In this document: piece by piece, positions 20,124 to 30,403 of the stretch | Numbering within the stretch: the stretch's first letter is position 1 | Layout of the letters: each line of letters begins with the position of its first letter | Origin: an uncultured Candidatus Rokubacteria bacterium | GTDB lineage: Bacteria > Methylomirabilota > Methylomirabilia > Rokubacteriales > CSP1-6 | Direction: 5' to 3' | Length of the DNA stretch: 64,000 nucleotides | Assembly: GCA_963754315.1 (NCBI GenBank) | Contig: CAVWFS010000008.1 | Coordinates: 320,001 to 384,000, forward strand | Position numbers and translations under genes: made by a program | The notes under the pieces: model-generated | What the model was told of the DNA's origin: nothing | Databases searched by the model: none | What the model saw: the letters and a program-made list of their open reading frames with translations, nothing else

Positions 20124-20545
20124 ATGCGACGTACGCGACCGCTTCCCGCAAATGTGAGAGACCGGCTCGCCACGCTCGGGTCGGTTCTCGATGGGCTGCC
20201 GGCCGTCCGGTTCGCCTACGTGTTCGGCGGGGCGGGGCGGGGAGACCTTCGTCCCCTCAGCGACGTCGACGTGGCGGTGTATCTCGACGAGGCGGTGGAT
20301 CCAGTCCAGGCGCGCCTGGACCTCATCGGATGGTGACGAAGCACCTTGGCACCGACGCGGTCGATCTCGTTGTCATGAACGGTGCCCCGACCGCTCTGCT
20401 CGGGCGAATCGTGGAGTCTCGGCGGGTGATCGCCGAGAAGGACCCATTTCTGCGGCACCGCTTCGAATCGAGGGCCGTCCGGCAGTTCCTGGACTTTCGC
20501 ATCTTCGAACGGCGCTTCCTCGATGCTCGCTTCGCCCGTGGTTGA
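20124..20545 (+). CDS. Minimal nucleotidyltransferase (MNT/MntA-type antitoxin), frameshift near 20330
   Basis: FAYVFGGAGRGDLRPLSDVDVAV then VDLVVMNGAP...FLDF in the adjacent frame; TATAAT 7 nt before ATG (leaderless). Confidence 0.85.
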
Positions 20546-20952
20546 CCGCGACCTGCTTCGCCGAAAGCTGACAGAGCTGGCCGAGTACGTGAGCCAGGTT
20601 TCCGAGTACCGCGAGCTGACTGTCGAGCGTTACCGGGCCGACTGGAAGACGCAGCGCATCGTCGAGCGCACGCTCCAGATGGCGATCGAGACGTGTCTCG
20701 ACGTGGCGGGCCACGTGATTGCCGACCGGGGCCTGCGCGCTCCGTCAACGTTTGCCGAGACGTTCGAGATTCTTGTGCAGGCACAGCTGATGTCCGCGGA
20801 CCTCGGCCGCGCCATGGTGCAGATGACCGGATTCCGCAATGTCATCGTCCACGAGTACGCGCAGATCGATGTTGATACCGTGATCCGGATTCTCCAGCGA
20901 GCATCTGGAGGACTTTCGCCGTTTCGAGGCCGAAGCCCTGCGCTGGCTGTAG
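20538..20952 (+). CDS. HEPN/DUF86 (HepT-type) ribonuclease toxin, frameshift near 20896
   Basis: VERTLQMAIE, Rx4HxY motif RNVIVHEY; removing one base gives LREHLEDFRRF...WL*; overlaps the MNT stop. Confidence 0.85.
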
Positions 20953-21127
20953 GAGTGGCGCGTCAGCGAGATACCTGGCCTCGGCCGGTGGAAAGCTCCG
21001 CGCCGGGAGGGAGCGCTTGACAGCTCGCGGTGGGGGCGGGCTATTGGTCTGGCCGTCCGATGAATTCCTCCCGCGCTCGCGCCTTGAAGGCCAGACGTAG
21101 TCCTCCGCGCCTAGGCCTGCGAAGCGC

Positions 21128-21560
21128 GTGGCCACCGTACGCCGCCGCCCCGGGGCAGTCAGCACGGCCACACGCACGCCGGTCGACCGATTGCGAGCGA
21201 TCTGCCTGGCCCTGCCGGAAACGACCGAGAAGCTCGCGTGGGGTGAGCCCACGTGGCGTGTGAAGGGACGGCTCTTCGCCCAGCTCGACGATCACCATCA
21301 CGGGGCCGACCACCTGGCCGTGTGGTTGCCCGCCCCGCTCGGGGAGCAGGAGGCGATGATCTTTTCGGATCCCGCGCAGTTCTTCCGCCCGCCCTACGTG
21401 GGGCATCGAGGTTGGGTCGGCGTGCGTATCGACGGGCGACCCGACTGGACCTTGGTGGCTACGTCTGGTCGAGCAAGCGTATCGGCAGGTGGCGCCATCG
21501 CGCAGGGCTCCGCGCGTGTCCAGGCCGGAACCGCGCGTGCCTACGCGAAGGAGTCGATGA
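21128..21560 (+). CDS. MmcQ/YjbR family DNA-binding protein (frameshift near 21463)
   Basis: RLRAICLALPE, WGEPTWRV, FFRPPYVGHRGWVGV, then LVEQAYRQVAP after removing one base. Confidence 0.85.
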
Positions 21561-22442
21561 TGCGCGTGATCGACATGGAGTGCAGCGTTCCGAAGCGCGC
21601 CCCGAGCGGCGAGGCATCGGTTGCGGACAAGTCACCGGACGCCCCCGTGGCCGAGCGTCCGCCCGGCTACGGCATGGCAAACTACGAGCGCATCTTCCGG
21701 TCGCGCCGGGATGGCGGCGACGCGCGTCCCGATACCGAGCTGTCCGACCTACATGGAGCTGCTCGCCCGTGTCGGCATCGTACGGGCACTACCCTTCGGT
21801 ACCACGAACGACGAGGTCGCTGAACTGCTGCAGGACTACCCGGACCGCTTCCTCGGCCTTGCGCGCATCAGCGGCCTTCACGGCATGCGCGGGGTGCGCG
21901 AGCTGGAGCAGCGGGTGCGCGAGCAGAAGTTCCACGCTCTCGGGGTCTCGGCGCTCGTGGACGGCATTCCCGCCAGCGATCGACGGTACTACCCGCTCTA
22001 CGCCAAGGCCGTCGAGCTCGGCATCCCCGTACGCATCTACTCGTCGATGAACTACGCCACCGACCGCCCTTACGATCTCGGCCACCCGCGGCACCTCGAC
22101 CAGGTGGCCATCGATTTTCCCGAACTGACCATCATCGGCGGGCTCGGAGGCTGGCCGTGGGTGAACGAGATGGTCGCCCTCGTCCGGCGTCATCCGAAGC
22201 TCCACCTCGACACTTCCGCCCATCGCGCCAAGTACCTCGGCCAGCGCGGGTCGGGATGGGAGATGCTGATCCAGTTCGGTAACACGCTCATTCAGGACAA
22301 GGTCCTGGTAGGCCTCTCGGCCGGCCTCGTCGGGCAGCCGCACGAGACCCTGATCCAGGAGTACATGGCGCTGCCGCTCAAGGACACCGTGAAGGAAAAG
22401 TGGCTCTACCGGAACGCCGCGCGCGTGTTCGGGATCGAGTAG
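21557..22442 (+). CDS. Amidohydrolase_2 family protein (frameshift near 21745)
   Basis: YPDRFLG, YYPLYAKAVELGIPV, DFPELTII, GGWPW, DTSA, NAARVF; metal-ligand His positions look substituted (IDMEC instead of DxHxH). Confidence 0.8.
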
Positions 22443-22840
22443 ATCAGCGCTCGGCGCTGGCGCTTAGCAGCGCAGGAATGTCGGCGATTCACTTCGCGAC
22501 TTCGTATCGCCAGCGTCCGTAGACTGCCTCGAGCGAGTCGTGTCCGCCGCATGGCCCCCCGGTAGTAGGGTGTTGCCCCGGCCGTGTCAGATTCGAGATG
22601 CCGGACGGACTCGGTCTTGCCATCGGGCGACTTCTTGCTTGACAGCCTCTACCGCGTGCATTGGGAGCACGTCGAGAGGGCTCTGCGGATCCCGCCCCAG
22701 GAGGTCGCGCGGGCCCGCCGTCGGCCAGCCGGTTGCGGACTGGACCCAAAATGATTGTTCGTCTCCCAATCGCTCGTCCTTGACGCTCCGTGTGGCTCGG
22801 AAATCGGGGTGTACAGTCGCTCTGCCGGAGGAGACGTGCC

Positions 22841-24250
22841 ATGCAGATCGACTCGCCAATGGTGGTCGCCACTCAGAATCCTGCCGCGGACCTGGATCGG
22901 CTGGGCGATGAGATCGCCGAGCTGTCGGCGCATCTCGAAGCCGCCACGGCTCGCCTCCTCGATCTGATTCGCGAGTTCGACACGCGGGGCGGCTGGAACA
23001 CCGGCTTCAGTTCCTGCGCCGCCTGGCTGAGCTGGCGCGTCGGCCTCGATCCAGGTGCCGCCCGGGAGCGCGTTCGGGTCGCCCGCGCGCTGGAGACACT
23101 CCCGCTGCTCGCCCAGGCCCTGGCCTGCGGCGAGCTGTCCTACGCCAAGGTCCGGGCGCTGACTCGGGTGGCCACGCCGGAGACCGAAGCGCGACTGCTG
23201 GCGGTGGGGCGCGCGGGCACGGCCGATCACGTGGAGCGCATCGTGCGGGGCTGGCGGCGCGTGGACCGCCTGGCCGAGGCACGGGAAGCGGCCCGGCAGC
23301 ACAAGAGCCGTGCGCTGCACGTGTTCCAGGACGAGGACGGCATGGTGGTGGTCCGAGGACGGTTGGAGCCGGAAGCCGGAGCGCTGCTTTTAAAGGCGCT
23401 GGCCGCCGCGCGCGAGAAGCTATATCAGCGGGCACGCGCCGACGAGACGGGCCCCGGCCTGAACGATCCGGCGGCGGAGCCTCCAACCATGGCCCAGCAG
23501 CAGGCCGACGCCCTGTCCCTGCTCGCGGAGAGCGCGCTGCACCACGAACTGGATCCGGGCGCGCCGGGCGAGCGCTACCAGGTGGTGGTCCACGTCGATG
23601 CCGCGGTGCTCGCGGATCCCGATCAGCCCGGCCAGTCGGTCCTCGAGGAGGGCGTGCGCGTTTCTGCAGAAACGTCTCGCCGCCTGGCGTGCGACGCGAG
23701 CCGGGTGGTGATGCGCCATGACGAAGAGGGACGCCTGCTGGACGTCGGGGCGCGGACGCGGACGATTCCGCCGGCGCTGCGGCGCGCGCTTCACCACCGG
23801 GATCGCGGCTGCCGCTTCCCGGGCTGCGGCGGCCGCTTCACGCAGGGGCATCACCTCCGTCACTGGGCGCAGGGAGGCCCGACCACGCTCTCGAACCTGG
23901 CCCTGCTCTGTCGCCGGCACCACCGCGCGGTGCACGAGGAGGGCTACGAGGTCGCGCGCGAGCCCGACGGCGCCCTCTGCTTCCGGCGACCGGACGGTCG
24001 GCTCCTGCCGGAGGTGCCGCCGCCGGTCGCGGCGCCTGCCGATCCGGTCAATGTGCTCCGGACGCAGCACGACGCACAGGGGGTTCGCCTCCACGCACAG
24101 ACGCTGACCGCCGGCTGGCTCGGGGAAGGCTTGAATCTCAGCTGGGCGATCGCCGTCCTGCATCCGCTGGCTCAGCGCCCGTCTACCATCGTCCGGGCAG
24201 CTGAGCCCGACTCGAGCGACGAGTTGACCGAACCGCAATGCAACTTCTGA
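22841..24250 (+). CDS. DUF222 + HNH endonuclease protein (REP13E12-like, commonly multicopy/mobile)
   Basis: SCAAWLSWR, RRLACDA, RDRGCRFPGC, HHLRHWAQGGPTTLSNLALLCRRHHRAVH; SD GGAGGAG. Confidence 0.9.
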   Translation: MQIDSPMVVATQNPAADLDRLGDEIAELSAHLEAATARLLDLIREFDTRGGWNTGFSSCAAWLSWRVGLDPGAARERVRVARALETLPLLAQALACGELSYAKVRALTRVATPETEARLLAVGRAGTADHVERIVRGWRRVDRLAEAREAARQHKSRALHVFQDEDGMVVVRGRLEPEAGALLLKALAAAREKLYQRARADETGPGLNDPAAEPPTMAQQQADALSLLAESALHHELDPGAPGERYQVVVHVDAAVLADPDQPGQSVLEEGVRVSAETSRRLACDASRVVMRHDEEGRLLDVGARTRTIPPALRRALHHRDRGCRFPGCGGRFTQGHHLRHWAQGGPTTLSNLALLCRRHHRAVHEEGYEVAREPDGALCFRRPDGRLLPEVPPPVAAPADPVNVLRTQHDAQGVRLHAQTLTAGWLGEGLNLSWAIAVLHPLAQRPSTIVRAAEPDSSDELTEPQCNF

Positions 24251-24400
24251 ACGGGACACTCGCTGCCACTACGACCTTGGTCGGACTCCAGCTCATCCGT
24301 CGCACGACGGCACAAGCAAAGCGCCGACGACATGACCCGGAGCTGAATGCGCTAGAATCGCGTCGCCAATCGAGCCGGCAGACAGACGGGAGGGCACGCC

Positions 24401-25219
24401 ATGGACCTGGGCCTTAGCGGGAAGCGGGCGATCGTCACCGGAGGCAGCCTCGGCATCGGCAAGGCCATCGCGCGGGAACTAGCCCGCGAAGGCGTGGACG
24501 TCGCGATCGTGGCGCGCTCCAAGGATCAGCTCGAGGCCACGGCACGCGAGATCGCCGGCGAGACCGGGCGGCGAATCATCCCGTTGGCAGCCGATGTCAC
24601 CAGCAAGGCACAGGTGGATGCGATGGTGGCCCAGGCAGCAGCGCAGCTTGGCGGGCTGCACATCCTGGTGAACAGCGGTTCTCCGCCTGGAGGGTCGCCC
24701 ACGGCCACCGGTCCCATCGAAAGCGTGGTCGATGAGGACCTCTTGCACGACTTCAACGTGAAGTACGTGGGCGCCTTGCGCTGCGCGCGGGCGGCCATTC
24801 CCCATCTCAAGGAGCAGAAGTGGGGTCGCATCATCAACATCAGCGGGACCAACGCCCGCAACGCCGGCAACCTGAGCGGGGGAGCGCGCAATACCTCACT
24901 TGTGCATCTCACGAAAACCCTGGCTGTCCAGCTCGGCCGCTTCGGGATCACCGTCAACTGCGTCCACCCCGGCATCACGCGTACAGAGCGCACTCCGCGC
25001 CTGCTGGCCGCGCGCGCGGCCGAGCTGCGTGTAGCTCCCGAGGAAGCGGAGCGGGCGGACTTTGCCCCCGATTCCCCGCGCGGCAATGCCATCTGCCGCA
25101 TGGTCGACGCGGCGGAGATCGCCTATGTGACAGCGTTTCTGGCGTCAGACAAGGCCTGGGCCGTCACCGGCGAGCTCGTCGTGGCGACCGGGGGCGCCGG
25201 CCGGGCCGTGTACTACTGA
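24401..25219 (+). CDS. SDR family oxidoreductase (atypical, no YxxxK)
   Basis: TGGSLGIG, ILVNSG, WGRIINISG, ITVNCVHPG. Confidence 0.9.
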   Translation: MDLGLSGKRAIVTGGSLGIGKAIARELAREGVDVAIVARSKDQLEATAREIAGETGRRIIPLAADVTSKAQVDAMVAQAAAQLGGLHILVNSGSPPGGSPTATGPIESVVDEDLLHDFNVKYVGALRCARAAIPHLKEQKWGRIINISGTNARNAGNLSGGARNTSLVHLTKTLAVQLGRFGITVNCVHPGITRTERTPRLLAARAAELRVAPEEAERADFAPDSPRGNAICRMVDAAEIAYVTAFLASDKAWAVTGELVVATGGAGRAVYY

Positions 25220-25238
25220 CGGAAGGCGATCAGCCCCT

Positions 25239-27596
25239 GTGCCCTCCTCGGTGCCCGTGACCAGTGTCGGCATCGGCGTCTCGGTCAAGCGGGTCGAGGA
25301 CGCTCGGCTGCTCACCGGTCAGGGGCGCTACGCCGAGGACTGGAACGCGCTGGACCAGGTCTACGCCGCTTTCGTGCGCTCGCCTCACGCGCACGCCGAC
25401 GTGGTGGCGGTCGATGCTGGCCGGGCCCGCGAGATCCGTGGTGTCATCGCCGTGCTCAGCGGGCGCGATCTCCTGGCCGACGGGATCGGAGTAATCCCGA
25501 CCTTAATTGCTGAACGCGGCGGCGGGATTCGCAGTCGCGACGGGTCGCCCTTCGCCGATCCACCCTGGTATCCGCTGGCAACGCAGCGGGTGCGCTATGT
25601 CGGCGAGGCGGTCGCTGTCGTGCTCGGGGCCACCCCGGCTTCGGCGCATGATGGCGCGGCAGCGGTGAGCGTGCATTACACGCCGCTGTCCGCCGTCGTC
25701 AACGGTGTGGCGGCCCTCGCGGAAGGCGCACCCCAGCTTCACGCCGGCGTGATGGGTAACCGCGTTTACGACTGGGAATGCGGCGAGCCCGACGCGGTCG
25801 CGCGCGCCATCGCCGGCGCCGCGCACGTCACCCGGCTCACGGTCGTGGACAACCGGCTCGTCACCTGCTTCATGGAGCCGCGGGCTGCCCTCGCCGAGTG
25901 GGATGCTGGTGCCGGGCGCTACACGCTCTACGCCTCGCTGCAGACGGTACATCAGCTGGCCGCGAATCTCGCCCGCATCCTCGGCGTCGCCGTCGATCGT
26001 GTGCGCTGCGTGACCGGTGACGTCGGCGGCGGCTTCGGCTCCAAGATCCAGACGTACCCCGAGTATGTCGTGCTTGCGTGGGCGGCCCGGCGCCTGGGTC
26101 GTCCAGTGAAATGGGTGTCGAGCCGGACGGAGGGATTCCTCAGCGATGCCCAGTCGCGTGATCACCTCCTCGAAGGGGAGCTTGCCCTCGATGCGGCCGG
26201 GCGCATCACCGCGCTCCGCGTGCACTCGACGTCGAACCTGGGTGCCTATGTTGCGCCGTGCATTCCCGTCTCCACCCTGACCAACATGGAGCGGATGATC
26301 TCCGGGCTCTACGCCATCCCGGCCATCCACCTCCGCGTCGAGGGGGTACTCACGAACACCGTCCCCATCAACGTCTATCGGGGTGTCGGGCGTCTCGAGT
26401 GCGTCTACACGGTGGAGCGGTTGGTCGAGCGCGCCGCGCGCGAGACCGGGCGCGACCCAACGACGTTCCGGCGCGCCCACATGGTGCGCGCTTTCCCGTA
26501 CCGGACGGCAACTGGCGCTATCTACGATTCGGGCGACTACGTGGCCCGGCTCGAGGAGGCGATCACAAACGCCGATGTCGCCGGCTTTGCGGCACGGCGC
26601 GCCGAGGCGAGTCTGCGGGGCAGACTGCGAGGAATCGGCGTCGGGCCCTACGTGGAGGGGACAGGGGGGGTGCCCCAAGAGTTCGCCGAGGTACGAGTGC
26701 GGCCCACCGGCCTCGTCGAGGTGCCGATCGGCAGCCAGTCACAGGGCCAGGGCCACGAGACCGTCTTCGCTCAGGTCGTGGCCGAGCGCCTCGGCGTGCC
26801 CTTCGAGTGCGTGCGCATCGTGATGGGTGACACCGATCGGGTGGCGAAGGGTGTTGGCACGTTTGCCTCACGCTCCATGGTGAGAGGGGGCGGCGCGGCC
26901 GTCGAGGCAGTGGACACTCTCGTGAGGGCCGGCCGCGCCATGGCGGCGCATCTGCTCGAGGCGGCGCCGGCCGACATCGAGTACGGGGGCGGCACCTTCC
27001 GGGTCGTGGGAACTGACAGGAGCATCGGCCTCTTCGAGGTTGCCAGCGCAGCCGCCTCGGGTCGGCTGCCGCCGGCTTTCGGCACCACGCTCGGCGCCGC
27101 CACCATGCACGAGAACCCGGCTTTCGCCTTCGCCAACGGCTGCGAGGTCTGCGAGCTGGAGGTAGACCCGGAGACGGGCGCGGTACACATCGTGGCCCTG
27201 ACCATGGTCGACGACTCTGGACGCTCGGTGAACCCGATGATCGTGCACGGCCAGCAACACGGTGCGGTGGCACAGGGTATCGGCCAGGCGCTGCACGAGC
27301 GATGCGTCTACGATGCGACCACAGGACAGCTGCTGTCGGGCTCGTTTCTGGACTACGCCATCCCGCGCGCGGCCGACCTCCCGGCTATCGATGTCACCAG
27401 TCGCGATGTGCTGAGCCCCACCAACGCGCTCGGCGTCAAGGGCGCCGGAGAGGGGGGCACGGTCGGCGCGCCGGGAGCCGTCATCCACGCCATCCTCGAT
27501 GCGCTGGCTCCCCTCGGGGTGACGGATATCGACATGCCGGCCACTCCCGAGGCGGTGTGGCGGGCCATCGTGAACGCACGAGGGTCGTCCGGTTGA
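25239..27596 (+). CDS. Xanthine dehydrogenase-family molybdopterin-binding large subunit (CoxL form II-like)
   Basis: RVEDARLLTG, VGGGFG, loop VYRGVGR, QGQGHET, GQQHGAVAQG, KGAGEGG. Confidence 0.9.
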   Translation: MPSSVPVTSVGIGVSVKRVEDARLLTGQGRYAEDWNALDQVYAAFVRSPHAHADVVAVDAGRAREIRGVIAVLSGRDLLADGIGVIPTLIAERGGGIRSRDGSPFADPPWYPLATQRVRYVGEAVAVVLGATPASAHDGAAAVSVHYTPLSAVVNGVAALAEGAPQLHAGVMGNRVYDWECGEPDAVARAIAGAAHVTRLTVVDNRLVTCFMEPRAALAEWDAGAGRYTLYASLQTVHQLAANLARILGVAVDRVRCVTGDVGGGFGSKIQTYPEYVVLAWAARRLGRPVKWVSSRTEGFLSDAQSRDHLLEGELALDAAGRITALRVHSTSNLGAYVAPCIPVSTLTNMERMISGLYAIPAIHLRVEGVLTNTVPINVYRGVGRLECVYTVERLVERAARETGRDPTTFRRAHMVRAFPYRTATGAIYDSGDYVARLEEAITNADVAGFAARRAEASLRGRLRGIGVGPYVEGTGGVPQEFAEVRVRPTGLVEVPIGSQSQGQGHETVFAQVVAERLGVPFECVRIVMGDTDRVAKGVGTFASRSMVRGGGAAVEAVDTLVRAGRAMAAHLLEAAPADIEYGGGTFRVVGTDRSIGLFEVASAAASGRLPPAFGTTLGAATMHENPAFAFANGCEVCELEVDPETGAVHIVALTMVDDSGRSVNPMIVHGQQHGAVAQGIGQALHERCVYDATTGQLLSGSFLDYAIPRAADLPAIDVTSRDVLSPTNALGVKGAGEGGTVGAPGAVIHAILDALAPLGVTDIDMPATPEAVWRAIVNARGSSG

Positions 27597-27620
27597 CAGG
27601 CCTCGCGCCTGCCGGATAAT
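27593..27620 (+). promoter_or_regulatory. Putative sigma70 promoter of the SBP gene
   Basis: TTGACA-16 nt-GATAAT. Confidence 0.55.
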
Positions 27621-27677
27621 GACGCCGCTTGGCGTGCTCGACACGCCGCTCGAATATCGCTGCCCACGAGGAGGTCG

Positions 27678-29213
27678 ATGATGCGTCCTGTCCGATCTGC
27701 CGCCGTCTGTGCTGTGCTGGCCCTGCTCGCTCTCGCCGCGCCCGCGGCCGCGGCCCCCGAAGGTCAGATGACCTGGGGTGTGCACATCTCGCTGGCGCCA
27801 AAGTGGTTCGATCCCGCCGAGACGGAGGGGATCATCACGCCGTTCATGGTGATGTACGCGCTGCATGACGCGCTGGTCAAAGCGATGCCCGGGAACCCGA
27901 CCGCCTCCAGCCTGGCCGAGTCCTGGCAGGCGTCGGCAGACGGCCGCGTGTATGATTTCACCCTGCGCAAGGGTGTGAAGTTCCACAACGGCGAGCCGCT
28001 CACCGCCGAGGACGTGAAGTTCTCCTTCGAGCGTTACCGTGGCGCCGCGTCCAAGGCCATCAAGGACCGCGTGGCCGCCGTGGAAACGCCAGGGCCGCTG
28101 CAGGTACGCTTTCGGCTGAAGACCCCGTGGCCCGACTTCATGACCTTCTACACCGCGGCCAGCGGCGCGGGCTGGATCGTCCCCAAGAAATACGTCGAGA
28201 AGGTCGGGGACGAAGGTTACAAGAAAGCGCCCGTCGGCGCTGGGCCATACAAGTTCGTCTCCTTCACGCCGGGTGTCGAGCTGGTCATGGAGGCGTTCGA
28301 GGGTTACTGGCGCAAGACACCGAGCGTGAAGCGGCTCGTCTTCAAGGTCGTACCGGATGAAACCACCCGGCTGGCCGCCTTGAAGCGGGGCGAGATCGAT
28401 GTGGTGTACTCGATCCGCGGCGAGCTCGCCGAGGAGCTGCAGCGCACACCAGGCCTCACCCTGAAGCCGACGGTCATCCAGGCTCCGCAGTGGGTCAGCA
28501 TGCTGGACCAGTGGGATCCGAAGTCGCCCTGGTACGACAAGCGCGTGCGCCTGGCCGCCAACCTGGCCATCGATCGCAAGGCCATCAACCAGGCCATCAC
28601 CCTCGGGCACTCGAAGCTGACGTACAGCATCATCCCCAGCAGCTTCGACTTCTACTGGCAGCCGCCCACTGCCTACCCCTTCGATCCGGCGCAGGCCAAG
28701 AAGCTTCTCGCCGAGGCCGGTTTCGCGGGCGGGTTCGACGCGGGCGACTACTTCCTGGATATCTCGTATGCCAACGTGCAGGAGGCCATCGCCAACTACT
28801 TGCAGCAGGTCGGTATTCGTACCCGCCTGAAGCCGGTTGAGCGCGCGGCGCACTGGGGCAACTACACCGACAAGAAGTACAAGAACCTCGCCTATACAGC
28901 GAGCGGCGCCTTCGGCAACGCGGCCACGCGCCTGGAGACCTTCGTCGTGGCCGGCGGCGCCTACGTCTACGGCAGCTATCCGGATATCGACTCACTCTTC
29001 AAGGATCAGGCGGCGGAGCTGGATCGCAAGAAGCGGGAGGTGCTCCTGCACAAGATCCAGCAGCTCATGCATGAGAAGGCGATGCACATCCCGATCTGGG
29101 AGCTGGCCTTCATCAACGGCTTCGGCTCGCGGGTCCAGGAGTCCGGCCTCGGTCTGATCCCGGGCCACGCCTACTCGGCGCCCTACGAAGATGTGATGCT
29201 CAAGGCGAAGTGA
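27678..29213 (+). CDS. ABC transporter substrate-binding protein, family 5 (DppA/OppA-like)
   Basis: Signal peptide, SLAESW, FTLRKGVKFHNG, TAEDVKFS, GAGPYK. Confidence 0.92.
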   Translation: MMRPVRSAAVCAVLALLALAAPAAAAPEGQMTWGVHISLAPKWFDPAETEGIITPFMVMYALHDALVKAMPGNPTASSLAESWQASADGRVYDFTLRKGVKFHNGEPLTAEDVKFSFERYRGAASKAIKDRVAAVETPGPLQVRFRLKTPWPDFMTFYTAASGAGWIVPKKYVEKVGDEGYKKAPVGAGPYKFVSFTPGVELVMEAFEGYWRKTPSVKRLVFKVVPDETTRLAALKRGEIDVVYSIRGELAEELQRTPGLTLKPTVIQAPQWVSMLDQWDPKSPWYDKRVRLAANLAIDRKAINQAITLGHSKLTYSIIPSSFDFYWQPPTAYPFDPAQAKKLLAEAGFAGGFDAGDYFLDISYANVQEAIANYLQQVGIRTRLKPVERAAHWGNYTDKKYKNLAYTASGAFGNAATRLETFVVAGGAYVYGSYPDIDSLFKDQAAELDRKKREVLLHKIQQLMHEKAMHIPIWELAFINGFGSRVQESGLGLIPGHAYSAPYEDVMLKAK

Positions 29214-29223
29214 CGGTTCTTTG

Positions 29224-30403
29224 ATGATCTCCCGGGCCGTTGCCGAGAACCTGACGAAGGCGTCGTGGATCCGCCGCATGTTCGAGGAGGGAGCCCGTCT
29301 CAAGCGGGAACGCGGCGCCGACAAGGTCTTCGACTTCACCCTCGGCAACCCCGAGATCGAGCCGCCGCCAGCGGTGCTGGCTGCCGCGCGTCGCGTGCTG
29401 GAAAGCGACGCGCGACACCTGCACGCCTACATGCCCAACGCCGGCCTCGCCCCGGTCCGCGAGGCCGTCGCCCGGCGCCTGGTGGCGGCCACGGGGCTTC
29501 CTTACACCGCTAACCACGTGATCATGACGGTGGGGGCGGGGGCCGCGCTCAACACCGTGCTCAAGGCCATCCTCAATCCGGGTGACGAGGTCGTCACGGT
29601 GGCGCCCTTCTTCGCCGAGTACGTGTTCTATGCCGAGAATCACGGCGGACGACTGGTCGTGGTGCCCCCCCGGGACGATCTCACTCCGGACATCGCGAAG
29701 CTCGCGGCCGCCATCACGCCCCGCACGCGGGCCATCCTGCTCAACTCGCCCAACAATCCGAGCGGGGTCATCTATCCGGCCTCCACCTTCGTGGAGATCG
29801 AGGCGCTGCTCGGCTCGCCTCGCGCAGCCCATCGTTCTGATCAGCGACGAGCCCTATCGGGCCCTCGTCTTCGACGGCGCGGTGCCGCCCGAGGTGCCGC
29901 CCCTGGTCACTCGCTGCATCGTGGCCACGTCCTGGTCGAAGTCGCTGGCCCTTCCGGGCGAACGGATCGGGTATCTGGCGTTTTCACCGCGGATGTCAGA
30001 GGCGGCCGAGCTGTTCGAGGCCTGCACGTTCACCAACAGGGTCCTCGGGTTCGTGAATGCGCCGGCCCTGTGGCAGTGGGTGGTGGCCGAGGTGGGTGAT
30101 CAGACGATCGACGTGGCCCCGTATCGGGAAAAGCGCGATCTCATGTACGAGGGGCTGACCCAGATCGGCTACCAGTGCGTGAAGCCCCAGGGCGCCTTCT
30201 ACGTGTTCCCACGGACGCCCATCGACGACGACGTTGCCTTCGTCCGCATGCTGGCCGAGGAGAACGTGCTCACGGTGCCAGGCTCCGGCTTCGGCATGGC
30301 GGGCCACATCCGCATTTCGCTGACGGTGGAGCGCGACACCGTGGTGAGAGCTCTGCCCGGCTTCGAGCGCGCGTTTCGCCGAGCCCGCCGGGACGCAGCG
30401 TGA
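29224..30403 (+). CDS. PLP-dependent class I/II aminotransferase (aspartate aminotransferase-like), frameshift near 29815
   Basis: FTLGNP, NSPNNPSG, then ISDEPY, SWSKSLALPGERIGY, PQGAFY, VPGSGFG. Confidence 0.9.

Noticed and set aside
20331..20336. TGG-TGA in the MNT gene as a third Sec codon
   Set aside because: The homologous sequence continues in another frame (MVTKHLG...), so this is an indel; no Cys motif or SECIS
21047..21096. GTCTGGCC...GGCCAGAC inverted repeat as riboswitch or ribozyme
   Set aside because: Only one 8-bp stem, no recognisable aptamer or hammerhead core; plausible by chance at this GC
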